Of a stretch of 64,000 bases of DNA, positions 38,931-48,030 are shown one piece after another (position 1 is the first letter of the stretch; the number at the start of each line of letters is the position of its first letter). A program made the translations under genes and the position numbers. Source of the stretch: Clostridia bacterium (lineage in GTDB: Bacteria; Bacillota; Clostridia; UBA1212; DUPL01); the NCBI GenBank assembly GCA_050951325.1, contig JBMNIW010000001.1, positions 335,567-399,566 of the forward strand. The letters run 5' to 3'. The notes beneath the pieces are model-generated. The model saw only the letters and a list, made by a program, of their open reading frames with translations, made no database searches and was not told where the DNA came from.

Positions 38931-40690
38931 CTCGATAGTTTGACACTTGCTCACATATCCGATTTTCAGAAAAGCTCATAATATGAGCTTTTTTTATATA
39001 TTTTTTGTCAAATTTCCCTAGTTAGCTATTGCGTAATGTCTCGTAATGTGATATAATATCAGGTATTGGAGGTGTCATTATGGCTATTAGAGTATCAATA
39101 TCTAAATCAAAAAATGCCAAGTCATACTATCTGATAGAAGATGTTGTGAAAAATGGAAAGAGAACAACGCAGATAAGAGAAAAACTTGGCACTCATGAGG
39201 AACTGCTTAAAGAACTTAACGGACAAGATCCGTATGAATGGGCTAAGAAATACGCCGAGGAACTAAATAGAAAAGAAAAAGAAAACGAACAGGAAAAGAA
39301 TATTATCGTTAAGTATTCCCCCACCAAGCAAATTATGAAGAATAAACAGAATACATTTAATGGCGGTTACCTGTTCTTGCAGAAAATCTATTATGAACTG
39401 GGTTTGCATAAGATTTGCGATGAAATATCTGAAAAATACAAGTTTGAATATGACTTGAACTCAATACTCTCGAGACTACTATACAGTAGAATAATATACC
39501 CTTCCTCAAAACTATCTACGTATAAATTATCAAAAAGATTTTTTGAGCAGCCCAATTTTGACTTGCATCATATATACCGGGCCTTAAGTGTTTTGGCGGA
39601 AGAAAATGATTTCATACAAGCCACAATCTATGAGAACAGCAAAAAAATATGCAATAGAAATACCAAAATACTATACTACGACTGTACAAACTATTATTTT
39701 GAAATTGATTACGAGGAAGATGACAAGAGATATGGTTATGGGAAGGATCATAAGCCAAATCCCATAGTGCAAATGGGACTGTTCATGGACGGAAGCGGCA
39801 TCCCTCTTGCTTTTAGCATCAATAGAGGTAATGCCAATGAACAAACAACAATGGTACCACTGGAAGAAAAGATACTATCTGACTTTAATCTGGCAAAATT
39901 TATTGTTTGTACAGATGCCGGATTGTCATCAACAGCAAACCGGAAATTCAACGACAAAGGCGACAGGGCTTTTATCACAACCCAGTCTGTAAAAAAACTA
40001 AAAGAACACTTGAAAAACTGGGCCTTGAAACCGACGGGATGGAGTTTGCCAAATGACAGTACAGAATATGACATCAGCAAACTTGATGAAGAAGAATACA
40101 AGGACAAGGTTTTTTACAAAGATCGTTGGATTAAGGAAGACGGTTTGGAACAGAAACTAATAGTGACATTTTCATTCAAGTACAGAAAATATCAACAGCA
40201 AAAGCGCCAAGTTCATATCGAAAAGGCATTAAGCTTGCTTGAAACAGAACCGCAAAAATCAAACAAGAAGCGAAACAGCGACTACAAACGTTTTATCAAA
40301 AGCGTTAATTGCACAGAAAGTGGAGAGATAGCCGATAATGAAGTTTATTATATTGACGAAGAACTTATTGCCAACGAGCAGAAATATGATGGGTTCTATG
40401 CGGTATGCACAAACCTTGATGATGATGCTTCAGAAATTGCAAAAATCAACCATAGACGCTGGGAAATAGAAGAATGTTTTAGAATAATGAAAAGTGAGTT
40501 CAAAGCCAGACCTGTTCATTTGAAAGACAAGGATAGGATACTTGCACATTTTGCTACATGTTTTATGGCATTAATTCTGTATAGAATACTCGAGAAAAGA
40601 CTTGAAGAAAAATATACATGCTGTGAAATTATTCAGTGTTTGAGAGATATGAATTTTACAGACGAAAATGGGTATGGATACAAACCTTTA
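38931..40690 (+). mobile_element. IS1634-family element, right end missing
   Basis: Inferred left end ctcgatagtttgacac, hairpin and promoter, then transposase that stops being transposase-like at ~40690. Confidence 0.7.
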
Positions 40691-40873
40691 TTAGAGTATT
40701 TTTTTCGAATTTCTAAATATCCTTGTTCATTAAGTAGGTGTTCTCGACTTAAAGATGTAGATACTCTCTCATCCAATACAATTTCCTCAGGTAGCTCGTC
40801 AAATGAACAGCCAATTTCTGTGTCTTCATCAGTGAGAAAGACATTCTTGTCTTTTAGATCGATTTTTGTTTGA
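39080..40873 (+). pseudogene. IS1634-family DDE transposase, C-terminally truncated; reads into antisense of OLD fragment
   Basis: YYDCTNYYFE, CTDAGL, RRWEIEECFRIMKSEF; last ~60 aa are antisense of 40690-40873. Confidence 0.85.
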
Positions 40874-41016
40874 TTAAAAAATATATCAAGGGCCTCAAGA
40901 ATTGTTGATTTCCCAACATCATTTTTCCCTATTAATGCAGTTATTGCATCGATACGGATTCTGGTTTCGTGGCTATATCCACGGAAATTCTTTATTATGA
41001 CCTCTTTTAATTTCAT
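40682..41016 (-). pseudogene. 5' fragment of OLD-family/ABC-type ATP-dependent nuclease
   Basis: MKLKEVIIKNFRGY...IGKNDVGKSTILEALDIFF (Walker A). Confidence 0.8.
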
Positions 41017-41039
41017 AATCACACCTCTATTATCTTAAA

Positions 41040-41155
41040 TATCCAACCTGACCACACAACCTCAAAAACTTCCGAAAAAACATCTAACCTGACCACTCAC
41101 GACCCCTGACATCTAACCCGACCACTCGCGGGGCTATGACATCTAACCTGACCAC
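41040..41155. repeat. Element-end array: four ATCYAACCYGACCAC repeats
   Basis: Copies at 41040, 41081, 41110 and 41140. Confidence 0.9.
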
Positions 41156-41277
41156 TTGACTATCAAAAACCGCTCTTATGGACTTGTTCCCGCGAAGCAA
41201 AAAAATCTCATTTTTGTTTGATGGATTTTACACCCATATGTGCTAAAAGCCTTGATATATAAGCCTTTCTCACATAC

Positions 41278-41348
41278 TCACTCTTTTACCCTCGACATCA
41301 ATGTCACGCACTCAACGTGTGATAGGTAGGTGTTCGCGGAAACAAGTC
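41278..41348 (-). other. att-like site A: duplicated rlmD/rumA 3' end
   Basis: Minus strand reads DLFPRT (41348-41331), 11 bp, then HVECVTLMSRVKE* (41319-41278). Confidence 0.8.
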
Positions 41349-41424
41349 CAAAATGCAATGAAAACGCTTGATTTTACAGGCGTTTTACGCATTCATCAGA
41401 AGTGCCGACGTCCAATCTGTTAAC

Positions 41425-41832
41425 TCACATAAGTAGGCTATTCTGCAATTTCCTAACCAGCGTCACATCAGCAGGGAGCCAATTAACATTGAACAATTCA
41501 TTTTTATTAAGCCATCTTGCAGATTCTGCTTCCTTAAGAATAATCTCTCCATCTATCACAACACACCAAAAGCAATACATACTTAAATGAAAATCAGAAT
41601 AATCATACTCGATGGTCTCAATCAGTTCACTGACCTCGATTTTTACGGCGAGTTCCTCTTGGATTTCTCTTATTAGTGCTTGTTGCGGTATTTCTCCAGC
41701 TTCAATCTTACCTCCAGGAAATTCCCATTGTCCTTTAAACTCGCCACAACCTCTGGCGGTAGCAAAAATCTTTGTAGGGTTTTCCAAAGAATCGCAAATG
41801 ACTGCAGCTACCACTTTTATTGTTTTCATCAC
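41425..41832 (-). CDS. MutT/NudG-like Nudix (d)NTP pyrophosphohydrolase
   Basis: WEFPGGKIEAGE...ALIREIQEEL Nudix box; WLPAD. Confidence 0.92.
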   Translation of the reverse strand: MMKTIKVVAAVICDSLENPTKIFATARGCGEFKGQWEFPGGKIEAGEIPQQALIREIQEELAVKIEVSELIETIEYDYSDFHLSMYCFWCVVIDGEIILKEAESARWLNKNELFNVNWLPADVTLVRKLQNSLLM

Positions 41833-41833
41833 A

Positions 41834-42694
41834 TTATTCCTCAGCTAAAAAGTCAGATATGTAGTTAATTTCAGAAAGATAGCTATTATTTATTACGGAA
41901 GCCTCAACAAATATCTTTGCAAGCTCACGATTAATCTCAAACAGGTATCCCATATTTCCGTTTCCATTCTTATCAAACGGAGAATATTTCACCTGGCATA
42001 ATCTAATAATATCATCTTTAAACATTGATGTTTTTACAGGATTCCTAATTTCTATGTAATCACAATCAACTCTACGGCCGTCACGCTCCCATAGCCCTTC
42101 AACTGTTAATTCGTTTGGTTGAACACATTCATAACAAGGCGCCTTTGCAGTACTAATTGCTTTTACATATCCATCATAGCCATGTAGGATTATATCACCC
42201 TTGCGAACATCAAGAAGGCGTGTCCAGTGATGAGGCATAGTTCCTGCTTTATTTGAAATAGGTGCCCATATATACCCGCCACTAAACTCTTTGTCAAAGG
42301 TGTTCCCTTGGAAAACAAAGAATGTCATACGCTTACCTTCAATACGCTGAGAACGAGCAACTGGCTTCGGAATATATCCTGTTTTATGTGATACTGCAGC
42401 ACCCTTTACTACTTCCGCAGCGATTTTTCTTTCTTCCTCAACTTTGCGAGCTGCTAGTTCTGCCTGACGTCTTTCTTCCTCAGCCTTTTTTACAGTCTTG
42501 ATTTCGTCCATAATTGAAGCCTGTACTGACGCATCATCAGCCACTATGAACTTTTCAAAGGAGTCTGGGTATAGAAACTTCGATTCTTTCGCCGCAAATT
42601 TGATAGTCAAATAATTACCTGAAACCTCTGTTATAACACCTTGACCAAAGGCTTTATGTTTTACTTTTATATTTAATAAATCTACACCATTCAT
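41834..42694 (-). CDS. Protein with N-terminal SH3-like domain, coiled coil and C-terminal EVE/PUA-like domain
   Basis: VKHKAFGQGVI; FFVFQGNTF..E..GGYIWAP...W.RL..VRKGDIILH...GYLFEI resembles the reader domain of EVE-HNH nucleases; no HNH motif. Confidence 0.6.
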   Translation of the reverse strand: MNGVDLLNIKVKHKAFGQGVITEVSGNYLTIKFAAKESKFLYPDSFEKFIVADDASVQASIMDEIKTVKKAEEERRQAELAARKVEEERKIAAEVVKGAAVSHKTGYIPKPVARSQRIEGKRMTFFVFQGNTFDKEFSGGYIWAPISNKAGTMPHHWTRLLDVRKGDIILHGYDGYVKAISTAKAPCYECVQPNELTVEGLWERDGRRVDCDYIEIRNPVKTSMFKDDIIRLCQVKYSPFDKNGNGNMGYLFEINRELAKIFVEASVINNSYLSEINYISDFLAEE

Positions 42695-42724
42695 TATAAT
42701 CTCCACCTTATAACATGTAAATTT

Positions 42725-43651
42725 CTATTGTTTCCTTTGCTTCGAACTGTATTTTTTGCTGCTACGATGAGTGCCGTCATCGTCCGTCACGACGTTACTC
42801 CTTTTGAATCTTTCTTCTTGAACGGCCCTGAACTCGCTCTCCGTAATGATCGGCGGATGACATTCTTTCATTTGGAACTCATATTGCTGTGTTGCGAAAT
42901 CTAAAAGTGTAACTGTACCTGTGTATTTCTCATTTTCGAGCATCTTCTCTATAGAACGCTTGCTCCATGTTTCTTTACCAGTAGGAGAAGGGACGCCTGC
43001 TAGTGACAGTTTCTTGATGATACCAAGCACGCTGGCGCCATCCAGATACCATCTAAAAATGTCCCGCACAACCTTAGCCTGTTCATTGTCAATTACAAGG
43101 TCCCCATCCTTATTCTTAGAGTAGCCGTACAGCTTTCGTTTGTAGAGTCCAGATGTTCCATTTGCAGCTTTCATGGCAAGTCCCATGCGGATATTTTCGC
43201 TTCGGCTCTCATTTTCAGCTTGAGCAAAAGACTCCATCACCGAAATCATAAGATTGCTGTCAACCTCATCGGTATCCAAATTTTCTTCTTCAAATATGAT
43301 TCTGACTCCTGCTGTCTTCAATCGATTGATTGCTGATAATGTCTCTACAGTATCTCTACCAAATCGACTGATGCTTTTGGTAAGGACAACAGAGATATTG
43401 TGCGCTTCACATTCTCTAATCAATCGATCAAATTCTCTACGTGGAACTTCGCCTTTGGCAGACGCAATATCAATAAATACATCTGCCAGCCTCCATTGAC
43501 TCATATTCGCAACTGCTCTCGTTAAAGCAGAAATCTGTGCTGCGAGGCTATAAAGCTGTTCTTTTTCGTTCGTACTTACTCTGCAGTAAATTCCGACTTT
43601 CTTTTCTAAACGGTCATTCTTTACCGGGATATACCAGATTTTTGAATCCAC
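42725..43651 (-). CDS. Short serine recombinase (catalytic plus recombinase domain, no zinc ribbon)
   Basis: IYCRVST, TKSISRFGRD, LENEKYTG, HPPIIT. Confidence 0.92.
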   Translation of the reverse strand: MDSKIWYIPVKNDRLEKKVGIYCRVSTNEKEQLYSLAAQISALTRAVANMSQWRLADVFIDIASAKGEVPRREFDRLIRECEAHNISVVLTKSISRFGRDTVETLSAINRLKTAGVRIIFEEENLDTDEVDSNLMISVMESFAQAENESRSENIRMGLAMKAANGTSGLYKRKLYGYSKNKDGDLVIDNEQAKVVRDIFRWYLDGASVLGIIKKLSLAGVPSPTGKETWSKRSIEKMLENEKYTGTVTLLDFATQQYEFQMKECHPPIITESEFRAVQEERFKRSNVVTDDDGTHRSSKKYSSKQRKQ

Positions 43652-43775
43652 AAGCTCACCTCCTGTTTTAATATAGCCTAATTATATCACGTTTTATCGC
43701 CAATGATAAGTAGGCAATTATTGCTCATTAAATGCGTGAAATTACAACATATTGTGTCCGCGTAATCTCTTTCAG

Positions 43776-43910
43776 CTACATATTGCGCGTTATCAATACT
43801 ACGCACTCAACGTGCAACGAGCGGGGTGGATTGATGTCTTTTACATTGTCGGTAGTCGGAAACACGTCATCGCCACTTTTTGCACTATCGGTAGGCGGGA
43901 ACATATCGAC
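43776..43910 (-). other. att-like cluster B: two attB-like repeats plus a symmetric site with rlmD 3' end
   Basis: DMFPPTDSAK (43907-43878) and DVFPTTDNVK (43868-43839), 23/30 identical; gacatcaatcc arm; HVECVVLITRNM* (43814-43776). Confidence 0.8.
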
Positions 43911-43921
43911 ATATATAATAA

Positions 43922-45703
43922 CTACCCTTTCAAAACTCTAAACATTTCTTCTTTATGCTTTCTTGCTTTTTCTTCCGTCCATTTTTCATCATCGAAGTTC
44001 ACCAACTCTTTCATAATCTTGAGTTTCAAACTTTGTTCTATAATACTTGGATATGAGGTGATTTTTCCCTCTGGTGGTAAATTAGAAAACTTCGAGTTTC
44101 CTGACACTGTAATTAATGCGAGGTTGCCAAAGCCATCAAGGTCATCTGCTTCCCAGCTTTCACCTTCAACGGGATTTTGAGGTTGAAAGTGTTCAATGGA
44201 ACTTCTAAATTGGAACTGCCACTCATCATATAATGGAGGAATAATTTCCTTGCCCAAGTAAGAATAACCATTCTTATATAAAAGATAATCAAGGTAAGTA
44301 AATACGATTCTTTCAAAACCAAATCCACTAGAATTCTCAAACTTTGATTCGAAAACTTTTGTTTTGCAGTAATCTTCAAGTATTTCAATAATGTCACATG
44401 ATTCATTTTCTAATAAGCTTGTTAATATTAATGAAATCCAATGCATAGTTTTAGGTGATGTGTAGGTTATACGCAAGCAGGATTGCAGAGTTCTTAGTTG
44501 TTTATTATTCTGACTATTGTCCTCACCAAATGTTCCTACATATTTGGGTTTATCACCTTTCCCATCATTATACCTTTCTAAACGTTGTAACGACCATTTC
44601 CCAGTTTCTTTATAATCTCTAGCATATTCACGTTTCAATATATATTTATCAAACAGTACACGGCATTTTAACATATGAAATAAAAAGTTCTTTGCTTTAT
44701 CAGCGTCCCCCCAGGCCCATGATAAATTATTTAAGAAATGTTTATCATCAAGGGTTGAATCTTCCTCTTCTAAATTATTAAGTACAGCATTTATCTGAAG
44801 TAAAAAATTTGGGAACGAAATAATCGATTCAAAACGTTCATTCTCAACTTCATCCTTACTTATTTCATTATTAAAGAGTTTCTTGTTTTTTAGAATCTCA
44901 ATCAAAGGAACTAAATTATTGTCTTCATCTTCACTATGAATAAATTCCTTAATTGTATCAAAATCGTTAATATTATCCCTGATACTAGACCAATCATTTG
45001 TAAAAAGATACTTTCTAACACTGGGATCAAAATTCATTTGTATATACGAGTCCATGTTAGAGCATTTTTCCCAAATCAATGCTGCCGTTTTTTTATCTTG
45101 TTCTGTATCCAATACTTCTAAAAATTTTGCTTTTGCTATTTCATGAAGTTCAAGTTGCTCGCCACGAGTATTCATGATTTCAAAATAATGATTTAAATCT
45201 ATACCTTGTGGAACTTGTACACGAACAATAAAAACACTTTCCAGTTTTTTAGTTAAATCATTTTTATCTATATTATTAGATTTAAAATAGCTATCAATTA
45301 TTTGATATCCCTTTAAGATTTCAACAGATGCTAATTCCTCTATTAGCTCATTCTTGTTTCCTTTGCTTAGCATGTTAAGGGTACGGTTTGATTTTTCCCG
45401 TGCTTCAAATCTCAACCCATCTTTAGCAAAATTCATACCAAGATAACTTTCTAATAGAAATAGTGTTGTCAACCTCTGTTGCCCGTCTATTACTTCATAA
45501 ACATTATCATCCCTTTGATTAACAATTAGGTTTCCAAGAAAGTAATTTTTATTAGAGTCGCCAATAGAGCTATCAATATCTTCTATCAATTGTTCTATCT
45601 CCGATACTCCCCAAGCATAGTTGCGTTGATATATAGGAACTATATAATGAACATTAGTAAAAATTTTTGATACCGGTATGATTCTTATATTTTTATCCAT
45701 CAT
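43922..45703 (-). CDS. GmrSD-like protein (DUF262 plus DUF1524/HNH)
   Basis: PIYQRNYAW, IDGQQRLTT, FEIMNTRG; SIEHFQP...GNLALI....NSKFSN. Confidence 0.9.
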   Translation of the reverse strand: MMDKNIRIIPVSKIFTNVHYIVPIYQRNYAWGVSEIEQLIEDIDSSIGDSNKNYFLGNLIVNQRDDNVYEVIDGQQRLTTLFLLESYLGMNFAKDGLRFEAREKSNRTLNMLSKGNKNELIEELASVEILKGYQIIDSYFKSNNIDKNDLTKKLESVFIVRVQVPQGIDLNHYFEIMNTRGEQLELHEIAKAKFLEVLDTEQDKKTAALIWEKCSNMDSYIQMNFDPSVRKYLFTNDWSSIRDNINDFDTIKEFIHSEDEDNNLVPLIEILKNKKLFNNEISKDEVENERFESIISFPNFLLQINAVLNNLEEEDSTLDDKHFLNNLSWAWGDADKAKNFLFHMLKCRVLFDKYILKREYARDYKETGKWSLQRLERYNDGKGDKPKYVGTFGEDNSQNNKQLRTLQSCLRITYTSPKTMHWISLILTSLLENESCDIIEILEDYCKTKVFESKFENSSGFGFERIVFTYLDYLLYKNGYSYLGKEIIPPLYDEWQFQFRSSIEHFQPQNPVEGESWEADDLDGFGNLALITVSGNSKFSNLPPEGKITSYPSIIEQSLKLKIMKELVNFDDEKWTEEKARKHKEEMFRVLKG

Positions 45704-47008
45704 CTACCACCTATTCCATTCACAAAGTAAATCATACACATCCCTGTACTTCTCTTTGTTTTTATTCTCAATTTTAGGTTGCTCTAAAGAAATGAGTTTT
45801 AATTCTTCTCCGTTTTTCATTTCACTGATTTCTGAAAACATACCTAATCCATAGTTTACGCGTTCATGTTCTCCTCGCACATATTTATTAATTGTCTGTA
45901 GATAGACAGCTTCCATAACCAGCCGCAAAGAATAACTCCAAGTATATAATTGCTGCATCACAGCTTTAGATAGGTTTTCAATTCCAAAGCGATCAGCAAA
46001 AAATAATAGCGCACATTCATATAATTGTTTAATGTAAAGATCTCCAGTGCGTCTACTCGGAACTTGTTCCTCTGTATGAACTTTACTCACTAATCTTTGT
46101 ACTTGCTCAAGTAGATTTCTATAATGTAGAGTGTAATAAAAAAATCGCTTTCCTGCCATAAGAGGCTGTGTTAATTGAAATTGATTTAATGCTCTAGATG
46201 CAAGTAATTCATTGCTTCCATTTGCATTAAACTGTTCTACAAAAAGATTACTTGCTTTATGATAAATCGCATAATTAAATACATTTGTGGTTTTAATCCC
46301 TTTGAACACATCTATTTTACTAGATGAATAGCCCAAACCACTCTTTCCTTTATACCATTGGGTCAATGGGTAAAGATAGATTTTAAATAGGTCATTCAAA
46401 TCATCTTGGTTTACATTTTCCCATTGGTTGATAATCCTTATTTTTTGGTTTTCCTCTTCATCATTCATCTCGCGTAAATGATATGACTTTAATAAATCAT
46501 GTGGGGCTAACTCCTTACCGCGCGAATTTTGTGAATCGAAGAATTGAAAAGCCTCTTGCTCACTGTCTGTAACAATTTGAACTACACTACAACGTTCGAA
46601 TAAATAATTTTTGTACTTGTTTTGCTCATCTTTCGGTAGCTCACTTATTCTCTTAGATAAAATTTCATAATTAGTTACAATCACATCGTTAGACAGTTGA
46701 TTGTATTTTTCTTGTAATAACCCCAGATCCTTCTCACCTAAACAGTATAGAAGAATCGAAATAGTTGTCAGTCGTTGTTGGCCATCGACAATGTTATACT
46801 TTCCGTTTTCTTTATGTAAAATTACTGAACCAACTCTATATTCTTGTAAACCTTCATGGTATGCATTATAAGTATCTTGAAAAAGCGTATTTGCAGACTT
46901 CACACTCCAACTATACGGGCGCTGATATGGTGGTAAAGCCAATTTCATATGAAGTAATTCATGAATCTTTCTTATTTTTAATTCATCTTGAAGCAAAGCC
47001 ACCTGCAA
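45704..47008 (-). CDS. DUF262 protein without recognisable HNH
   Basis: PPYQRPYSW, VDGQQRLTT, FDSQNSRG, DLLKSYH. Confidence 0.88.
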   Translation of the reverse strand: MQVALLQDELKIRKIHELLHMKLALPPYQRPYSWSVKSANTLFQDTYNAYHEGLQEYRVGSVILHKENGKYNIVDGQQRLTTISILLYCLGEKDLGLLQEKYNQLSNDVIVTNYEILSKRISELPKDEQNKYKNYLFERCSVVQIVTDSEQEAFQFFDSQNSRGKELAPHDLLKSYHLREMNDEEENQKIRIINQWENVNQDDLNDLFKIYLYPLTQWYKGKSGLGYSSSKIDVFKGIKTTNVFNYAIYHKASNLFVEQFNANGSNELLASRALNQFQLTQPLMAGKRFFYYTLHYRNLLEQVQRLVSKVHTEEQVPSRRTGDLYIKQLYECALLFFADRFGIENLSKAVMQQLYTWSYSLRLVMEAVYLQTINKYVRGEHERVNYGLGMFSEISEMKNGEELKLISLEQPKIENKNKEKYRDVYDLLCEWNRW

Positions 47009-47024
47009 GTCCCCCCCTGACTAC

Positions 47025-47603
47025 TCAAATCTCGATTATGTAATATTTACGACCGTCACTTAAATCCTGCCAGATAAAATCATATCTGCTTGTCAATGCA
47101 ATGCTATCTTTATTTTTTCCTACACCTGTTGGCTTAAAAATACAACCGTAAACAGAATATTCTTCTCTAAAAAACCTATATATACCTTCATTGTTGCGCC
47201 CTTCATAAAAAGGTCTATCTGAAACAAGAGCAACAGCAGCTGTTTTAGTAAATCCTCGGTTCTTAAGCTCCTCCATAAATTTAATATCCTTCACGAACGA
47301 ATACATCTGTTCTGGATACTGGCCATTTAATGGGCACTTAAGTTCAATTGCATATTTCTCTGATTTATCTTCATTAAAAATAGTAATATCTACTTCTTTT
47401 TTTATAGTTTTATTGTCTGGTGTAAAGTATGATACATTTCTTTCAAATTGAATACGATAGTCCGGAAGCTTTTCACGTAGGAATATCCCCAGCTCATGCT
47501 GGAGGCTAAACTCATTATAAATTTCAATACTCTTAGACTGAACAAACAAGAAAAAGTCATCTACTAATTGCATTAAATTAAGCAAAGCCTCCACCCCATA
47601 CAC
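47025..47603 (-). CDS. Putative PD-(D/E)xK-fold nuclease
   Basis: NEFSLQHEL...FERN...EVDITIF......YAIELK. Confidence 0.6.
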   Translation of the reverse strand: MYGVEALLNLMQLVDDFFLFVQSKSIEIYNEFSLQHELGIFLREKLPDYRIQFERNVSYFTPDNKTIKKEVDITIFNEDKSEKYAIELKCPLNGQYPEQMYSFVKDIKFMEELKNRGFTKTAAVALVSDRPFYEGRNNEGIYRFFREEYSVYGCIFKPTGVGKNKDSIALTSRYDFIWQDLSDGRKYYIIEI

Positions 47604-47656
47604 CCTAATATAATTTATAGTTTTTTATTGCCCTTCATAATAGTTTTGCTATATCC

Positions 47657-47890
47657 TCAAACCTTCTGATACCTCTGCTGGTTAGATGAGGCCTTTTCAA
47701 TTGCCTTTATATTACCTTCCATTTTATTTACGTAGTTTAAAAATAAAGTCCCAAGCAGAAGTCGATCCTTTCTGGGTATTCTATTCCATACATAACCCTT
47801 GAACAAATCTTTAACAAGAAAGACTTCACCTTCATTCAAGTTTTCAGTTTCCTTAATAGCTTCTTCTAGTAACTCATTAACATCACCCAT
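47657..47890 (-). CDS. DUF1413-like small DNA-binding protein
   Basis: GEVFLVKDLFKGYVWNRI...RLLLGTLF. Confidence 0.75.
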   Translation of the reverse strand: MGDVNELLEEAIKETENLNEGEVFLVKDLFKGYVWNRIPRKDRLLLGTLFLNYVNKMEGNIKAIEKASSNQQRYQKV

Positions 47891-47974
47891 GTTGTCATCT
47901 CCTTATCAATAACAATATCAACAACATTGTTAATAAGATTATATGCCTTTTACCAATTCCAGTCAATGAAAGAA

Positions 47975-48012
47975 AACCACCAATCAAGAGAATATATCTC
48001 CTGAATGGTGGT
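47975..48012 (-). terminator. Terminator after recombinase cassette 1
   Basis: accaccaatcaagaga...tctcctgaatggtggt. Confidence 0.65.
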
Positions 48013-48030
48013 CATTCATGAAGGTTATGT

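Noticed and set aside
39080-41022. Genuine overlapping transposase/ATPase gene pair
   Set aside because: The overlap arises from two truncated genes reading through a fusion junction at ~40686
41040-41155. Possible mini-CRISPR array
   Set aside because: Repeats are only 15-16 bp with 13-25 bp spacers, no cas genes are present, and the repeat recurs as part of element ends
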